Of a stretch of 64,000 bases of DNA, positions 59,585-64,000 are shown piece by piece. This DNA is from Pseudovirgaria hyperparasitica (taxonomy: Eukaryota). The stretch lies in assembly GCA_010093815.1 (NCBI GenBank), contig ML996572.1; one strand, given 5' to 3'. Position 1 is the stretch's first letter, and every line of letters starts with the position of its first letter. Under the pieces are notes generated by a model, which searched no databases, was not told the origin of the DNA, and worked only from the letters and a program-made list of their open reading frames with translations. The translations under genes were made by a program, and so were the position numbers.

Positions 59585-62500
59585 ATGACTCGTCCGAAGG
59601 TTCCTCCCGAGCAACGACAGCGCACCGCTCAAGCCTGCGAGTCTTGTAAGAGAAGAAAGCAAAAAGTGAGTCCCGATTGTTCTCTCTTGGCACTCAGCCC
59701 ATCTGTCTGTGCTTTCCGCCATCGTCGCCCGTTGGCTGTCAGTATCCGCTCCTGTCTGGGATGTTTAGTTGTTGATATTGCGCTTGTGTGTTTATATCGA
59801 CTGTCGTGCTGAATGGGTGATGATAACTTCAAGTTTGCATCCATATCACGTGCTGTGTTACTTTCCCTCTATAATTGTCATGGAAACCTCCTCACCACAG
59901 ACAAGACACTGACAATTCCTTAGTGCAACGGTCTACAGCCATGTAATACTTGTGGAAAGGTTCATAATCCTGTTCCCTGCCACACCTCCAGCAAAATGCT
60001 GACTGTTGACAGCGGAATTTCTCTTGTATCTACAGTGAAAGAGATCCCGAGTCACCCAACAGTACTGCTCCGCCCATCAAAAAACCTAAACTTGGACAGC
60101 CACAGTCTTCACCCACGCGTAGCAATGCTACAATCGGCCAATCCCCAGCGCAGAGGTCTGATGGCTACAAATCGCCACCGGCGACACTACCAAAGCCCAT
60201 TAGTCGACTTCCTCTTGCCCCTGTCGCTAAGAGACAGACCAGCTTCGAGCTGTCAGTTCGAAATGGCGGCTCAGAGCTGTTGGAGACATCTCTGAAACAG
60301 TCAAGCCAGTTTCCGGCTGATATGCCCAATGCCAGGAACATGTCTTTCGCTACGACTCAAAGTGCTCCTGATGAGGAGGCAATTGTGTACTCGCAGACGA
60401 GAATGCTGCAAGATCCGACTGGCCGCTTATGTACGTGCTTCCCATGTCTGACTAGTCTTGTGTCATCAGATTCTGCATCATCAATATGTTGCTGACCTCC
60501 TGTAGTGTATGTTGGCGACTCTGCAACATTGTCTTTCCTTCAGCTCGTGAGAATGATGGTCGAGAACATCACTGGCCCGACTCCATTCACTACAGATCCT
60601 CGAAGACACAGGATACAAGAGAGCCAGTTCACCCTTTCACCCAACACCCGCCAGACGCAGCTCTTGCCAGATAGCAGGACTGCTCTGGTTCTGGTAGACT
60701 CATTCTTCACCAATGTACGTAATTCACTACGAGCGTCCCATGTACAAGGCACGCTAACCCTAAGCAGACGCATGGCATGCTCCAAATATTTGACCGAAAG
60801 TCATTTCGTGCATCCATGGAAGCATGCTACTCTGATCCACTCAACGCTCAACCATCGTGGCTATGCCTGCTGAATCTTGTCTTCGCAATCGGCCTGACCT
60901 TGGCTACACCTCGTCCCAGTACTCCCGAGCAAGCTATCATTGAGAAGCTGCGTCGCGAGCCCCAAGACAGAGGAGAACTGTTCTTCCTCAACGCTAAGAA
61001 CTTCTGTGATCCCGTGAGCGGCTTTGAGGACGCCGACTTTTGGTCCGTTCAGGCGCTGCTTTTGATCGCATACTATATGTTGGCAAAGGCAAAGCGAAAT
61101 GCAAGTTTTGCATATCTAGGTATGACTTCGTGATGATAGCGGCGAGAAACATAGAAGGTTGACACATTATAGGCATGGCTGTGAGGTCTGCATATGCGCT
61201 TGGACTTCACAAGGAAGAGACTACTTCCATCTTCTCGGCTCAGGAGCAAGCTGCACGACGGAATACATGGCGCTCGTTATATATTCTTGACCGCTTCATA
61301 TCTTGTCATCTTGGCCGGCCGGTCGCTATCTCGGAAGATGAATGCAGCGGTAATTGCCTACGCCCCGGTCAGGGGGAACCAGCGGCCAACGGTAATAGAA
61401 AACCATCCATATCGGACGGAGATGGGTTTGATAGAGTCGCTGGCTCTGCCCAGGAAGCAGCGGTACGCAGCTGCTCTGTCATAGGGTCCATCCTCAAGCG
61501 TGTTTATCAGCAGCGCAAAATCAACACCTCACTTGCCACTGAATTCGCAGAGATCCTGAAGCAATGGCCTGTCGCTCTCTCGCCAAATCTACAGTGGCGT
61601 CAAGCACAGCAAGCTTCTCCAGCTACTGGCATGGCAATCTTGCATGTCAACATTCTTTACTGCCACTCGATCATCCTCCTAACACGACCATTCTTTTTAT
61701 TCATCCTAAATCGCGAGACAAGAACAGCGCCAGGGCCTTCCTCCGGGCCAGACGAATCTCGAAAGAATACCAAGATGGAGAAGTTTGCCGAGTCTTGCTT
61801 GATTGCTTCCGTGCACACAGTTGTACTGATACACAACGCTTTCAAAGCTGGCTATCTGCCTCAACGAGATCCCTTTGTCGTCTATTTCCTTCTGGCCGCA
61901 AGTCTTGTCATTCTGTCAAACGATTTTGTCGAGCTATATGCCAACAAGTCCGCAGACGAGTGCATCCAACAAGCCATCGCTATCATGGCATACTGTGGTG
62001 AAGCCGACCCTCACGCAAATAGATTGATCTTCATCATCACTTCATTTCGCGACGAAGTAGTCAAGCAGCGCCAAAAGCGCGTGCAGAAGGCCATGCAGAA
62101 GCCTAATTTCAGTCACATACAGCCTCAAGCGGTACAAAATGCAGCTAACGGACAGCACAAGAAGTCAGACTCTCAACAACTTTCGCCTCATACATCGATC
62201 AACCAGACTACAGAAATACCTGGGCAGCCAATGCAACGTCCTACAGAAGCCAACACGGACTGGAACAACACCCATTATAAGTTTGCCATGCCCGCTCCGC
62301 CACAGCCTCCCCCCAACGCTCTCGAACCGAACATCACCACACATGCCTTTGTGAATACCACCTTCAACAAGCCATCTCCACTGTCGCCAGTCACATTCTC
62401 CCCACCCTCAAATGTCTCAGCTTTGAACGCATCCCCAGTCAGTCATGCGATGCTCACGGCAGTATCCGCAGGCCTTCCCGGCCCGCTCGATACGCACACG

Positions 62501-62713
62501 TCGCTATCAAGTTTCCTCGACATCTCTGCGCTCGACAACACGGTCATCCCATACCTAACCAGCGAAGACGGATCTTGCATCGAAGAGAACCTCGACTTTG
62601 ACACATTATGGACGTGGCCTGGTGCAAATGGCACCGGTGGCGAAACGTGGAAAAGCGATGTGCAGGGCGTGAGCGATAGTAATGTGCCGCTGTTTGGTCT
62701 GGTCGATACGTAG
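59585..62713 (+). CDS. Zn(II)2Cys6 transcription factor with a fungal-specific TF (middle homology) domain
   Basis: ACESCKRRKQK|CNGLQPCNTCGK|RNFSCIY (introns 59666-59923 and 59960-60012); RMLQDPTGRL|YVGDSATLSFLQ; GMAVRSAYALGLH..RRNTWRSLYILDRF..LGRP. Confidence 0.93.
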
Positions 62714-64000
62714 CTTTCTGTAATATGTGAGGGAATATAAGATTTTTCTAATGTCAGTTGGGCGGTGAGTCTAATGGATTTTGGTTGCGGCGTTTTCCAT
62801 ACCCCGTTTTTTTGAAAGACGATTATAACATTCTATGTACTACCAATTCTTCCGGTTTTTTTTTGTGTGGCGGCGTTGGATAGGTACGAGGGAAATGGTT
62901 CGCTAAAACGGTCTGGACAGACTTAGATGTACTATCATATAACCTCTTTCTATACTGAGTAAATAGTGTTGGGAAAAGTTTTATACACCTATGATAGATA
63001 GACAGTATATACATATATATTTCAAGAAAGATGGAAGGCAGGCATATAAATCATGCTGACTAGATATGTAGTTGTCCTTTCCTCGTATAGCTTGTTTTGA
63101 TAGTAATTTACATGATGCATTTATTCCATCCAGGATATTGCCGACTCTCGGTGATGTAGCTTCTGGGTTGAGGGTTGATGGTACTGCTGGCGAGAGCATG
63201 ATCTGTGATGATTGGACTGGTGTCGAGCGGCTCATCAGACCTACCCTGCCGCAATATAGCTCAAGCGTGCTTTCACTTTTGCATCCCAGTGTCGAAACTG
63301 GGACTCCAGGCTCCGAGCTTCTAGAAGACGGGTACATAATGGTTTGAAGTATTAATTTGTGACAATGTTACTCTGTGATGACGGAACCGTAGATTCGAAG
63401 GAACGCGGAGGTTTGAACTGTTAATGGGTGGGTGACACGTGGGAAAGATGGAAAGACTATTTACCAGCAACATGAAGCTTTCGATTCATTTGCCTGACTG
63501 ACTGTTGAGGTTGAGACGGGGAATGTTGGGAGTCGATGATGTCGGGTTTTGACTTTTTGCGATTTTCGTGTAGAATTTAATGTAGGACGTTGATATGACG
63601 AGGATGGTGTGCTCTGGCTAAGGGAAATGCTCCTTGCTTACCGTTGTAGTTGATGTGATATCGTTCTACTAAAAGGTAGCATGGAGTGTGCCGCATTTTT
63701 CTGGGTTTCTCTATCTATAGCTAGCTACAGCTCACTCGGGATTTAATGTCTTTGTTAACTTTTCAAATTTTTTTCTTGACGTCGTGAGAGCGATGGGATG
63801 AGAGGGTAACATATCGTCCCAAGGCCGTTCCATCATACATAGTCCGAGCAGGGAAAATATAATATATGAGGTTCACAACTACTAACAGCCTTTTCTAGCT
63901 GTGACACATTTCCGCAGTAAGACGTCCCTAGGGGTGCTCTAATCAATCAAGCAGGAAGGATGTCTACGTCGAGATACTAGCTCGCTCTCGCTGTTTGCGC

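Noticed and set aside
62981..63347. ORFs downstream of the TF (also 55764-56039)
   Set aside because: No domain signal or convincing splice structure.
1..64000. tRNA, rRNA, snoRNA genes and intact transposons
   Set aside because: No cloverleaf, rRNA, box C/D, transposase or reverse transcriptase motifs recognised by eye; tRNAscan-SE and Infernal would be needed to exclude them.

Overview
Gene-dense (about 20 genes in 64 kb), intron-containing eukaryotic DNA. Short GT-AG introns with CTRAC/CTAAT branch sites, a Zn2Cys6 factor and a GPI wall protein point to a filamentous ascomycete (Pezizomycotina; the class cannot be fixed from this window). Housekeeping genes: DBP8, NSE3/MAGE, SPP1, FRS1, PP2A-A, RPS7. 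Other genes: GT34 glycosyltransferase, BTB protein, F-box protein, Rua1-like regulator, kinase-like gene, MFS permease, (6-4) photolyase/cryptochrome, secreted tyrosinase, and a thioesterase / CoA-transferase III / Zn2Cys6 trio. Three observations stand out. (1) A nuclear, spliced ATP8 gene fused to a ~71-aa mitochondrial-type presequence, which indicates organelle-to-nucleus transfer of a normally mtDNA-encoded subunit. (2) A fungal protein with an R / S-x-S / E arrangement like bacterial ADP-ribosylating toxins. (3) Repeated abrupt C/A-rich to G/T-rich strand-skew flips, inside conserved genes (switching synonymous codons) and in intergenic DNA, where two cases are degenerate fold-backs. Exon boundaries were read by eye; no database searches were run.
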